The notes under the pieces: generated by a model
The model's input: the letters and a program-made list of their open reading frames with translations, nothing else
The model's database searches: none
Told to the model about the DNA's origin: nothing
Shown: positions 27,398 through 36,981 of the stretch, piece by piece
How the letters are laid out: every line of letters begins with the position of its first letter
Numbering within the stretch: position 1 is the first letter of the stretch
DNA from: an uncultured Verrucomicrobiota bacterium
Lineage (GTDB): Bacteria > Verrucomicrobiota > Verrucomicrobiia > Limisphaerales > UBA9464
Assembly: GCA_903925515.1 (NCBI GenBank)
Contig: CAIYFP010000056.1
Coordinates: 924-64,923, forward strand
DNA: 64,000 nucleotides
Direction of reading: 5' to 3'
Translations under genes and position numbers: made by a program

Positions 27398-29077
27398 CTA
27401 GGCAGGCTCGGCGACCAAGTCGTAGTCCGTGTGCCCCACCACCCGGACCCGGGCGAACTCGCCGGGCCTGACGTCGCCCTTGACGTACACCCGGCCGTCG
27501 ATGTCCGGGGCGTCGGCCTCGCCCCGGGCGACCCAGTACTTGCCGCGCAACGAGTCCATGCCGCCATCCTGGCCGCGGATGAGGCCGTGCTCCCATGAAA
27601 GGACGCGGGCCTTCTTGAGGGCGGTGGCGGTGGCCTCGCCCTCGACCAAGACCTTGAGTTCGCGGCCCACGAACGACTGGGCGACTGCGACGGCGACCTC
27701 GTGTTGGGCCGCCATGGCGCGTTCGCGGCGTCGTTGGCGGGCCTTGACGGGCACCTGCGCCTCCATGCGACCCGCGACGGTGCCATCCTCCTGCGAGTAG
27801 GTGAAGACGCCCATGCGCTCGAACCGGGCCTCGCGAATGAAGTCGAGCAAGGACTCGAAGCGGGCCTCGGTCTCGCCCGGGAACCCGACGATGAAGGTGG
27901 TTCGCAAGGCGATGCCGGGAATGCCGGCGCGGATGCGTTGGACGAGGTCGCGGATGTAGCCGCCGGTGGTCTCGCGACGCATGCGTTGCAACATGGTGTC
28001 CTCGATGTGCTGCAAGGGCATGTCCACGTAGCGCGCCACCCGTTTGCTGGACGCGATCGTCTCGATCAGCTCGTCGGTCCAGTGCGCCGGGTGGGTGTAA
28101 AGGAGCCGCACCCAGAAGTCGCCCGGGATGGCGTCGAGCTCCCGGATGAGGGTGCACAAGGTGGTGGCCCCGGCCGGCAGGGCGCGGGTCGCGGCGGCGA
28201 ACCGTTCGGGGGACGCAATCGCCCGGCTGTGGCCGTCCCGGAGGTCGAGCCCGTAGTAGGTGGAGTCCTGGGAGATGAGGTTGATCTCGCGGACGCCCTC
28301 CGAGACAAGGCGGCGGGCCTCCGCCACGACGTCGGCCTGCTCGCGCGAGCGATGGGTGCCGCGCATGCGCGGGATGGTGCAGAAGCTGCAAGGGTGATTG
28401 CATCCCTCCGCGATCTTGAGGTACGCGAAATGCGTTGGCGTGAGCCTGAAGCGTGGGGTGTCGTGCTGCGGGATGTAGCTGGGGCGGACCGCCACCTCCA
28501 CGAGGGGCCCGGTGGCCGGCGCCACGGTTTGGCGCGTGGAGTTGTGCCGCGCGGTGCCCTTCAGGGACTGGCCGGGGTCCTCGTCGGACGGGCTCGCCGC
28601 CTCCATGCGGGCAACGGCGGCCTTGACGGCCTTGCCGCGCCCCTTGCCGCCGCCCGGGGCCGACGTCTTGCCTGCCCGCGCCCTGATGGCGCGTTCCACG
28701 ATCTCGCCGACCCCGGCGACCTGGTCGATCCCCATGAAGGCGTCCACCTCGGGCAGCAACATGGGCAGCTCCTCGCGGAAGCGCTGCGGCATGCAGCCCG
28801 AGACGATCACGGCCTGAGCCGGGTTGCGCGCGTCCCGGTCGGCGGCGGACTCCAGGATGGCGTCCACGGACTCCTCCTGGGCGGCGTCGATGAACGAGCA
28901 GGTGTTGACGATCAAGGCGTCCGCCTCGGCCGGGTCGTTGGTGACCTCGATCCCGTGCCTAAGCAACGAGCCGAGCATGATCTCCGCGTCCACGAGGTTC
29001 TTGGCGCACCCCAACGACACGATCCCCACCCGGCGCCTTCGGGCGTCGGTCATGGGCTTGGCATGGGTCTGGGACAT
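27398..29077 (-). CDS. rimO: Ribosomal protein S12 methylthiotransferase RimO (with internal insertion)
   Basis: The ATG at 29077 gives MSQTHAKPMTDARRRRVGIVSLGCAKNLVDAE. IVNTCSFI marks the MTTase N-domain and AYLKIAEGCNHPCSFCTIP is the radical-SAM CxxxCxxC. The C-terminal TRAM-like end is ...GEFARVRVVGHTDYDLVAEP. Confidence 0.9.
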   Translation of the reverse strand: MSQTHAKPMTDARRRRVGIVSLGCAKNLVDAEIMLGSLLRHGIEVTNDPAEADALIVNTCSFIDAAQEESVDAILESAADRDARNPAQAVIVSGCMPQRFREELPMLLPEVDAFMGIDQVAGVGEIVERAIRARAGKTSAPGGGKGRGKAVKAAVARMEAASPSDEDPGQSLKGTARHNSTRQTVAPATGPLVEVAVRPSYIPQHDTPRFRLTPTHFAYLKIAEGCNHPCSFCTIPRMRGTHRSREQADVVAEARRLVSEGVREINLISQDSTYYGLDLRDGHSRAIASPERFAAATRALPAGATTLCTLIRELDAIPGDFWVRLLYTHPAHWTDELIETIASSKRVARYVDMPLQHIEDTMLQRMRRETTGGYIRDLVQRIRAGIPGIALRTTFIVGFPGETEARFESLLDFIREARFERMGVFTYSQEDGTVAGRMEAQVPVKARQRRRERAMAAQHEVAVAVAQSFVGRELKVLVEGEATATALKKARVLSWEHGLIRGQDGGMDSLRGKYWVARGEADAPDIDGRVYVKGDVRPGEFARVRVVGHTDYDLVAEPA

Positions 29078-29118
29078 TTCGGGCTCCTTCAAATCCGGGT
29101 GCATGGTGTTGGGACGCG

Positions 29119-30069
29119 TCACGGGGCACCCGTGCCCGCCACCAGGTCGTCGAGGCGGTGCAGGATCGGCTCCAGCAACGCAAGGTCCGTTTCCAGCCGG
29201 CGCGCGGCTCGCACATGAGGCTCGGGCGAGGCCACGAGGCCGCGCAGGTGGAGGAACTGGGCGCACGAGTGCTTGTAGGCCGGCACGGGCGCGCGGAACG
29301 CGAGCATGCCGAGGTATTGAAGCCAGTCGTTGAGCTCGTGGAAGCGCCCGTCGCCCGCCTCCCACATGCGGTCCCGCGCCGCGAACGCCTCGGGATGAAA
29401 CGCGGACAGGCCGAGGAGGTAGTCGCTGCCCCATTGGACCATGTCGATGGCGAGGTCGTTGCCGGTGTACACCTTGAAACCCGGACGTTCGGCATCCCGC
29501 ACCGCCAGCCGATCCCACTCCAGCTCCCGCGACAACGAGCTGTGCTTTGCGCCCTTCAACTGCGGGATCGCGAGCATCGCGCGGTACGTGTCGAGGTCCC
29601 AGATGCGGCCGAACGGCACGAACATTTGGCCCAGCTCAAACCCAAGGAACTCCTCCACCTCCCCGGCCACCGCCCGAAACACCCCCACCAACTCCAAGCC
29701 GGACATGCCCCCGGTCGCGGACGCGGGGAACAGGATGGGAACGCCGCCGTGGCATGCGATCGCGCTGCATTCGCGGCGGTACAACCCTGCGGGCTCGCCA
29801 TCCATGCCCTCGATGTAGGCGCCGGCCACGAAGCGGCGGCCGCGGGCCATGCTGCCGACCATGCCAAGGATCTCCCGGCGTTCCTCCGGGGCGAGCAGGT
29901 TGGCGTAGCCGGTGTCCATGTTGATGGCAGGCGTGAGACCGGCAGCCCACGTGCGTTCCACGAGGCCGCCGTAGGCGTCATGGTCCACCGAGCCGTCCCG
30001 GCGGAACGGCAACAGGACCGCCGAGATGCCCTCGATCCGGCGCCCCGGCTTGATCCCTTGCGGCTTCAT
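29119..30069 (-). CDS. DHDPS/DapA-like TIM-barrel family protein (DUF993-like), function unknown
   Basis: The ATG at 30069 gives MKPQGIKPGRRIEGISAVLLPF, 2 nt after the ndk stop. The overall pattern (ISAVLLPFRRDGSVDHDAYGGLVERTWAAGLTP...LAPEERREIL) resembles DapA-family N-termini but lacks the GTTGE motif. Confidence 0.4.
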   Translation of the reverse strand: MKPQGIKPGRRIEGISAVLLPFRRDGSVDHDAYGGLVERTWAAGLTPAINMDTGYANLLAPEERREILGMVGSMARGRRFVAGAYIEGMDGEPAGLYRRECSAIACHGGVPILFPASATGGMSGLELVGVFRAVAGEVEEFLGFELGQMFVPFGRIWDLDTYRAMLAIPQLKGAKHSSLSRELEWDRLAVRDAERPGFKVYTGNDLAIDMVQWGSDYLLGLSAFHPEAFAARDRMWEAGDGRFHELNDWLQYLGMLAFRAPVPAYKHSCAQFLHLRGLVASPEPHVRAARRLETDLALLEPILHRLDDLVAGTGAP

Positions 30070-30071
30070 CC

Positions 30072-30488
30072 TCAGGCAGGGATTTCCTCGGCCCGGAAGA
30101 ACCGCCGGACCTCGACCTCGGCGTTCTCGGGCGAATCCGAGGCATGGACGACGTTCCGCATGTTGTTCTCGCCGAGGTCCCCGCGGAGGGTGCCCTTCTC
30201 CGCCTTCCTGGAGTCCGTGGGCCCAAGCAGGGCGCGGACCCTGGCGACGGCGCCGTCCCCGTTGAGGATCAGCGCAAGGACGGGGCGGGAGCTCATGAAC
30301 TCGACGATCTCGGGAAAGAACGGCCGGTCGGCGATGTGCGCGTAATGCTCGGCGAGGATTCTCGCGTCGAGGCGGAGCATCTTCGCCGCCGCCAACGTCA
30401 GCCCGGAAGCCTCCAGCCGCCGGATCACCTCGCCCGCAAGGTTCTTCTGCATGCAATCGGGCTTGCAGAGGATCAGTGTTCGTTCCAT
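30072..30488 (-). CDS. ndk: Nucleoside-diphosphate kinase
   Basis: MERTLILCKPD, ...ADRPFFPEIVEFMSSRPVLALIL... and NVVHASDSPENAEVEVRRFF (active-site His) are all present. Confidence 0.95.
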   Translation of the reverse strand: MERTLILCKPDCMQKNLAGEVIRRLEASGLTLAAAKMLRLDARILAEHYAHIADRPFFPEIVEFMSSRPVLALILNGDGAVARVRALLGPTDSRKAEKGTLRGDLGENNMRNVVHASDSPENAEVEVRRFFRAEEIPA

Positions 30489-30657
30489 CAGGCGGTCATG
30501 GTGCCCCGAAACCACCCCCCAGCCTCAAGCATGGAACGCGTCGTGGCCTTGCCCCGGGCGATGCCGGCCTTTTCAAGTTTGCAAACGGGCTCGCCGTCTT
30601 TTCCTATGAAGGCTCTCGATTCACCCCGGCAAAACGGGGCGAGCGCGTCATTTTTTC

Positions 30658-33600
30658 ATGGCATCCAGCAAGTCCAACGCCGCCCCGGGCGGCCCAGCAA
30701 GCGTCCCCAAGATGACCCCGGTCGCCGGAGACCCGGCGGGGGGTGATTCGGAGTCCATGGGAGGCGGCAAGCTATTCCGGCCGGTCGATTGGATCGCCTT
30801 CGTCCTTGTGTCCTTCGTGGTGATGGCGGGCTACATGCTGACGATCGCGCCGGACCTGACCTTGGAGGACTCGGGGGAGCTGGCGGTGGCGTCGATGTAC
30901 GCGGGGGTGCCGCACCCGCCGGGGTACCCGGTGTGGACGGTGTACACGTGGTTGTTCACCAAGCTGCTGCCCTTCTCGAACATCGCATGGCGCGTGGCGG
31001 TGTCCTCGGCGTTTGCCGCCGCGATGTCGGCGGGGCTGGTGGCGTTGCTGGCGTCACGCGGGGCGACGCTGATGCTGGAGGGGGTGGACTTGTTCCGGAA
31101 CCGGGACCGCGGGTGGGACAACCGGGTATCGTTGGCGGCGGGGTACGTGGCGGGGATGTTGCTGGGGTTCAACGGGTACATCTGGAGCCAGGCGGTGATC
31201 GTGGAGGTGTACACGATCGCGGTCTGGTCGCTGATGGCGGTGCTGCTTTTCCTGATGCGGTACACGTGGGCGCCGCAGCAGAGGCGACACCTTTACGTTG
31301 CTTGCTTCCTGTTCGGCATCTGCTTTTGCAACCACCAGACGCTGATCGTGGGGGCGATGGGCCTTGAGGTGATCGTGCTGATGGCCGACCGGCGGGTTGG
31401 GCGGGACTTCCTGCTGGTGAACGCCCTGATCTGGCTGGCGGGGCTGGTTCTGCACGGGACGGGCAAGATCGGGACCTTCGTGGAGAACCCGTCCCTTCTC
31501 CTGATCTTCAACCTTGTCGGCATCCTGTCGGCGATTGGCTGCGGGGTGGTTGCCGTGATGACGGGCGGGCTTGGGAACCGGCTGCATGTGGTCGCGCTGG
31601 CGTCGGTCAGCTTCGCGGCGGGCGCCGCGCTTTATTTTTACATGCCCGTGGCCTCCAGCACGAACCCGCCGCTCAACTGGGGCTACCCGCGGACGCCCAA
31701 GGGCTTCGTGCATGCGTTGACGCGCGGCCAGTACGAGAAGACGACCCCGGGGATCAACCTTGCGCAGGTCATCACGTACTTCCAAGGGGTGAAGGAGGAG
31801 TTCAACTGGGCAAACACGCTTCTTGCGATGCTGCCGTTTGCGTTTCTCCGGCGGATGCGGCAGCGGGAGCGGGGCTGGCTTGTGGGCTTGCTGGTTTCGT
31901 ACGTCTGCCTTGCGTTCCTGCTGATGTACCTGCTGAACGCGGGGACGGACAAGCAGTCCCGGGAGCTGGTCAAGGTGTTCTACACGTCGTCGCACGTCTT
32001 CATCGCGCTGGGCATCGGCTACGGCCTTGCCTTGCTGGCGGGGCTGCTCCAGACCGACCGCGTCTATCAGCAACACCGGACCGCGATCGGCGTGGGGCTG
32101 GCGGTCGCGGTCGCCCTCAACCTGTACCAGCTTTCCGAGGTCCTTGACCCGGACAACAACCTGTTCCCCATCCCGAAGGTCGCGGCGGCCATCAGCCTTG
32201 CGATCGCCGCCGGACTTCTGGGGTGCGTCCTGTACTGGCGGGATGATGCCTCGCCGCCGGCCGTGCCGGGCACCACGGAGAAGGCGCGACGCCTTGCTCC
32301 CTTGCTTGCGGCGGCGCTCGTGATCCCGGTAGATCCCATCCTTGACCACTGGGCGGACAACGAGCAACGGGACCACTACTTCGGGTTCTGGTTCGGCCAT
32401 GACATGTTCGAGCCCGGCATGGACACCACCGCCGCGCCCGCGCCCAAGGGGAAGGACGGCAAGGCGCTGTACCCGTCGATGGATCCCCACACGGTGTTGT
32501 TTGGGGGGACGGACCCGGGCCGGTTCTGCCCGACGTACATGATCTTCTGCGAGAGCTTCATCCCGCCCCGGCACCGCCGGAACCCGAAGTTCGACCGCCG
32601 TGACGTGTACCTGATCACGCAGAACGCGTTGGCGGACGACACCTACCTTGAGTACATCCGCGCGCACTACAACCGGAGCGCCCAGAAGGACCCCGCCTTC
32701 TTCGAGTCGATGCTGAACGACGACTGGTCCCGCTCGCGCAGCAAGACCAACCTGCTCGCCTCGCTCATGGCGCCGGTGGACCGGTGGATGACCGCGCTGG
32801 GCGACTCGATCGAGAAGGAACGGCGGGCGGGCTCCTCGTATCTCAGCGCCACGGACATCAAGGACGCGGACGCCCTCAAGGCGGCGATCACGGCGGCGGC
32901 GGACCCCTTGTCCGCCCATCTCAAGGCCCAGCTTGGCACGGCCCTTGCCGGCGACGCCGCCGCGCTCGCCAACGCGCTCAACGGCATCCTTGAGGGGCCG
33001 GCGCTGTCCGAGTCCAACCGCGTCGCCCACCTCAAGCTCACGCCCCATGTCAGCCGTTTCGTGGACCAGAAGCCCGTCGGACATACGCGCATCCGGCTGA
33101 ACCGGCTCCTGCTCGAGGCGGCCTACGGTCCCTGGATCGCCGTCTCCCCTGCCGGCGTCTATCCGGACCGCGAGATCATCACGCCCACCGTGGAGGACCT
33201 CCGCCGCTGCTTCGAGGAGTACTCGATCGACGCGCAACGGCGTGCGCAGGCCCGGCAGCTCAAGCCGGGCGAGGTGTTGACGACGCTGCCGGACGGCAAG
33301 GTCTCGGTGTCCGGCCAAGCGGCGGTGATGTCGATCAACGGGCTCCTCACGAAGGTCATCTTCGATGCCAACCCGGACCACTCGTTCTACATCGAGGAGA
33401 GCTTCGCGCTGGACTGGATGTACCCGCACCTTGTCCCGTACGGGATCATCCTGAAGATCGAGCGCGAGCCGGTCGTGCAGTTGTCGGACGAGCAAATTGC
33501 GCGCGACCATGACTACTGGTCGCAGTACTCCGAGCGCTTCATCGGCAACTGGATCACGTACGACACCACGGTGCAGGAGGTCTGCGACTTTGCGCTCCGC

Positions 33601-34437
33601 ACGTACCGCCTGCGGGACTACTCCGGGTTCAAGGGCGATGCGCGGTTTGTCCGGGACGACAACGCCCAGAAGGCGTTCTCGAAGCTTCGCAACGCGATCG
33701 GGAAGTCCGTGTACACATGGCGTGCCCAGGAGACCCGCGACGCGAGCTACCAGGCCAAGCTGTACAAGGAGGCCGAGTTCGCCCTGAAGCAGGCCTTTGC
33801 CTTCTGCCCGTACAGCCCCGAGACCGTGTACAACTTCGCCTCCCTGCTCGTGTCCTTGCAGCGTTACCCGGACGCCTACGAGGTCGTCGCCACGTGCTCG
33901 AAGATCGACCCCGACAACGTCGGCATCCGCGACCTGCTCGGCCAGCTCGAGCCGTACCGAAAGATGGCCGCGCCCCCGCCCCCCGCCGCGTCCACCGAGG
34001 CGCTTCGGTCCCAGATTGACTCGGCCGTCACCAACCTCGAGTCCGCCTTCAACCTGGCCAGCTCGTACTTCAACGCCGGCCGTTCCAACGAGGGGTTCGC
34101 CGTCCTTGAAGCGCTCCTCGCCAAGCCCGACGCCGACCCGCGCACCGTCGCCTCGGTCGCCCAGGCGTTCCAGCAGCTCCAGCGCGCCGACAAGCTCGAG
34201 GTCGCCCTCGAACGATATGCGCGGCTCACGCCCGACTCCGCCGACGCATGGTACCGCCTCGCCGCCGTGCAGGCGCTTCAGGGCAAGTCCAGCACCGCCT
34301 CGGGCACCCTCGCCAAGGCCTTCAAGCTCAACGACGCCCAGCGCGCCACCAATTCCAAGGCCCCAAACCTCCGCCAGCAGGTCAAGTCCGACCCGGCCTT
34401 TGACTTCATCCGCCCCTCCCTCGAAGGGAAGCCCTGA
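30658..34437 (+). CDS. DUF2723-family large membrane protein (glycosyltransferase-C-like) with C-terminal TPR region
   Basis: APDLTLEDSGELAVASMYAGVPHPPGYPVWT is the DUF2723 hallmark. About 11 TM helices are followed by a long soluble region ending in TPR-like repeats (YNFASLLVSLQRYPDAYEV..., AWYRLAAVQALQGK). Confidence 0.75.
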   Translation: MASSKSNAAPGGPASVPKMTPVAGDPAGGDSESMGGGKLFRPVDWIAFVLVSFVVMAGYMLTIAPDLTLEDSGELAVASMYAGVPHPPGYPVWTVYTWLFTKLLPFSNIAWRVAVSSAFAAAMSAGLVALLASRGATLMLEGVDLFRNRDRGWDNRVSLAAGYVAGMLLGFNGYIWSQAVIVEVYTIAVWSLMAVLLFLMRYTWAPQQRRHLYVACFLFGICFCNHQTLIVGAMGLEVIVLMADRRVGRDFLLVNALIWLAGLVLHGTGKIGTFVENPSLLLIFNLVGILSAIGCGVVAVMTGGLGNRLHVVALASVSFAAGAALYFYMPVASSTNPPLNWGYPRTPKGFVHALTRGQYEKTTPGINLAQVITYFQGVKEEFNWANTLLAMLPFAFLRRMRQRERGWLVGLLVSYVCLAFLLMYLLNAGTDKQSRELVKVFYTSSHVFIALGIGYGLALLAGLLQTDRVYQQHRTAIGVGLAVAVALNLYQLSEVLDPDNNLFPIPKVAAAISLAIAAGLLGCVLYWRDDASPPAVPGTTEKARRLAPLLAAALVIPVDPILDHWADNEQRDHYFGFWFGHDMFEPGMDTTAAPAPKGKDGKALYPSMDPHTVLFGGTDPGRFCPTYMIFCESFIPPRHRRNPKFDRRDVYLITQNALADDTYLEYIRAHYNRSAQKDPAFFESMLNDDWSRSRSKTNLLASLMAPVDRWMTALGDSIEKERRAGSSYLSATDIKDADALKAAITAAADPLSAHLKAQLGTALAGDAAALANALNGILEGPALSESNRVAHLKLTPHVSRFVDQKPVGHTRIRLNRLLLEAAYGPWIAVSPAGVYPDREIITPTVEDLRRCFEEYSIDAQRRAQARQLKPGEVLTTLPDGKVSVSGQAAVMSINGLLTKVIFDANPDHSFYIEESFALDWMYPHLVPYGIILKIEREPVVQLSDEQIARDHDYWSQYSERFIGNWITYDTTVQEVCDFALRTYRLRDYSGFKGDARFVRDDNAQKAFSKLRNAIGKSVYTWRAQETRDASYQAKLYKEAEFALKQAFAFCPYSPETVYNFASLLVSLQRYPDAYEVVATCSKIDPDNVGIRDLLGQLEPYRKMAAPPPPAASTEALRSQIDSAVTNLESAFNLASSYFNAGRSNEGFAVLEALLAKPDADPRTVASVAQAFQQLQRADKLEVALERYARLTPDSADAWYRLAAVQALQGKSSTASGTLAKAFKLNDAQRATNSKAPNLRQQVKSDPAFDFIRPSLEGKP

Positions 34438-34460
34438 CCCCTCCGCGCCCCACCCACCCC

Positions 34461-35618
34461 ATGGACCTCGCCCCCGACCCCTTCCGCCTCCATCGCCAGA
34501 AGGGGCCCATCCTCAACGCCGAGTTCCAGGGCCAGCACGTCCCCATGCTCCTTCGGCACGAGGACGTCCGCGCCGCAGCCAAGGACTGGCACACCTTCTC
34601 CTCCGACGCCCCCTTCCGTGTCCCCATCCCGTCCGAGGAAGACGTGCGCACCATGCGCCAGCTCCCCGTCGAGACCGATCCCCCGGACCACACCGACTAC
34701 CGCGCGATCGTCGAGCCTTTCTTCCGGCGCGCGAAGGACCCCGGCATGATCCAGCAGGTCGAGGCGCTCATCGACTCGATGGTCGCCGACGCCCTTCCCC
34801 TGCACTCCATCGAGGTGGTCCGCGAGTTCGCGCTCCCGCTCCAGTCCCGCGCGATGGCGTTCCTCCTGAACGTCCCGGTCGCCGAGGCCGACGTCTGGAT
34901 CGGCTGGGGCACCCACGTGTTCAGGGATGGGCCCGACGGCCAAAGGAAGGGCGCCGAGCTCGAGGCCTACCTTCATCAGCGCCTCGACCACGCCGCGGCC
35001 AACCCCGGCCCCGACTTCTTCTCCGCCCTCGCCCATGCCTCCTTCCGCGGCCGTCCGCTCACCCGCACCGAGATGATGGGCTTCGGCAACCTCACCTTCG
35101 CGGGTGGACGCGACACCGTCATCCACACCGTCTCCTCCGTCTTTGCCCACCTGGCCGCCCACCCCGGGGCCCTCGCGTTCCTCCGCGAGGACCCGAGCCG
35201 CGTCGTCCATGCCACCGAGGAATACTTCCGGGTCGTCTCCCCCCTCACCCACATCGGGCGAGTCTGCCCCGCTCATGCCCGGGTCCATGGGATCGAGGTG
35301 CCGGCCCAGTCCCGGGTCTCCCTGTGCTGGGCCTCGGCCAATCGCGACGACGCCGTCTTCGACAACCCCGACGAGGTCCGCCTCGACCGCAAGCCCAACC
35401 CCCACATGGCCTTCGGCGCCGGCCCCCACCTCTGCCTCGGCGCCGCCCATGCGCGCCTCCTCGTTCGCACCCTCCTCGAAGCCCTCTCCCGGCGCCTCCA
35501 GTCGATCGAGGTTCTTCAGCACCGTGACCGCGTCGAGAACGAGGCCTCCTACCAGCGGACCGTCGGCTACGAGCTCCTCCGCGTCCGGCTCCACCCGCGG
35601 CCCCCGCAGCCGTCCTGA
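34461..35618 (+). CDS. Cytochrome P450
   Basis: The heme-thiolate loop FGAGPHLCLGAAHARL is present, together with the ExxR region (ATEEYFRVVSP) and the AGGRDTV I-helix motif. Confidence 0.9.
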   Translation: MDLAPDPFRLHRQKGPILNAEFQGQHVPMLLRHEDVRAAAKDWHTFSSDAPFRVPIPSEEDVRTMRQLPVETDPPDHTDYRAIVEPFFRRAKDPGMIQQVEALIDSMVADALPLHSIEVVREFALPLQSRAMAFLLNVPVAEADVWIGWGTHVFRDGPDGQRKGAELEAYLHQRLDHAAANPGPDFFSALAHASFRGRPLTRTEMMGFGNLTFAGGRDTVIHTVSSVFAHLAAHPGALAFLREDPSRVVHATEEYFRVVSPLTHIGRVCPAHARVHGIEVPAQSRVSLCWASANRDDAVFDNPDEVRLDRKPNPHMAFGAGPHLCLGAAHARLLVRTLLEALSRRLQSIEVLQHRDRVENEASYQRTVGYELLRVRLHPRPPQPS

Positions 35619-35620
35619 CC

Positions 35621-36790
35621 ATGGACCCGCGCCGCCGCCGATTCCTCCGCCACGTCGCCGCCGCATCCGCATCCGCCGTCGCGGCGGCCGCCCCGTCCGT
35701 CCTCGCTCAACCCGCCCTGCGCACCGTCGCCATCCTCGGCGACTCGGCCCGGGGCGGATTCGGCCATGACATGGACCTCGTCTTCGCCGGCAGACACGGC
35801 CTCGGCGACGTCGTCGTCGCCGACCCCGACCCCGCCGGGCGCGCCGCGGCGGCCAGGCGGGCCGGCGCCGTCCGCTCCTATGCCGACTGGCGCGACCTGC
35901 TCCATGTGGAAAGCCCATGGCTCGTCTGCATCGGCATGCGCCATGCCACGGTGCATCACGAGATCGCCATGGCCGCGCTCGCCATGGGCGCCCATCTCTA
36001 CGTCGAGAAGCCGTTCGTCGTCTCCCCGGCCGAGGCGGACGCCATCCTCGCGCTGGCCCGGGCCCGCCAGCGCCGGGTCGTCGTAGCCCATTCCATGCGC
36101 ATGGCGCCCGCCGTCGTGGCGCTCCACAAGGCCGTGAAGGAGGGACGGCTTGGCGAGCTCCGCGAGATGCGCGCCCATGGCAAGCAGGACGCCCGCGCCG
36201 GGGGCGAGGACCTGGTGGTGCTCGGCACCCACCTCTTCGACCTCATGCGCCTGTTCGCGGGCGACCCCGCATGGCTCCATGCCTCCGTCCAACACGGCCG
36301 CCGCCCGATCACCCTCGCCGACCGACGGCGCGTCCGGAACGACGTCGGGTGGGTCGCCGGCGACGCAGTCCATGCAACCCTCGGGTTCGCCCATGGCGTC
36401 CATGCGCTGTTCTCCAGCGACGCCGCCGCGCGCGAGGCCCGCGGGCACTGGGGGCTTGAGCTCACGGGCTCGCTCGGCTCGGCGCGCATCATGGCCGACT
36501 TGGTTCCCCGCGTGCTCGTCCGCATGCAACGGGCGGGACGGATGGCCGCGCCGGAGGACCCCTGGACGCCCCTTGCGAACATCCCGTCGGCCGAGCCCTC
36601 AAGGCACAACGTGCCGCTGGTGGACGACTGGCTGGCCGCGATCCAGGAGGGGCGGGAGCCCGAATGCAGCGGACGCAACGGCGCATGGGCCGTCGAGATG
36701 GCCGCCGCGTGCCATGCGTCCGCGCTCGGCGGGACCCGGGTCACGTTCCCCCTTGCCCGGCGCGCGCACCCGCTGGACGACACTCCATGA
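35621..36790 (+). CDS. Gfo/Idh/MocA-family oxidoreductase with Tat signal
   Basis: It starts 2 nt after the P450 stop. MDPRRRRFLRHVAAASASAVAAAAPSVLA is a twin-arginine signal. LRTVAILGDSARGG is Rossmann-like, and HLYVEKPF is the EKP motif. Confidence 0.8.
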   Translation: MDPRRRRFLRHVAAASASAVAAAAPSVLAQPALRTVAILGDSARGGFGHDMDLVFAGRHGLGDVVVADPDPAGRAAAARRAGAVRSYADWRDLLHVESPWLVCIGMRHATVHHEIAMAALAMGAHLYVEKPFVVSPAEADAILALARARQRRVVVAHSMRMAPAVVALHKAVKEGRLGELREMRAHGKQDARAGGEDLVVLGTHLFDLMRLFAGDPAWLHASVQHGRRPITLADRRRVRNDVGWVAGDAVHATLGFAHGVHALFSSDAAAREARGHWGLELTGSLGSARIMADLVPRVLVRMQRAGRMAAPEDPWTPLANIPSAEPSRHNVPLVDDWLAAIQEGREPECSGRNGAWAVEMAAACHASALGGTRVTFPLARRAHPLDDTP

Positions 36791-36981
36791 CGGCGCCGGG
36801 TCCTCCCTGGCGCCGCCACCCGCAGGCAGGCCGGGCGGGAAACCACGGTGGGGTCCTCACCCGCTTCCGTGGCATTTCCTTGCACGGACGCATGGCGGCG
36901 TGGGCTGGAAGGGAGCGTCGCCTCGGACACGGGCCTCGCATGACCCATGGCTGCTCGGGGATTTGGGCGGATGCCCGCAGA

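Noticed and set aside
26055-28403. Upstream two-thirds of the 1342-aa ORF 24375-28403 (-)
   Set aside because: It reads straight through tRNA-Ala and through rimO in a wrong frame. Only the part from the ATG at 26054 downstream (TM anchor + coiled coil) is credible.
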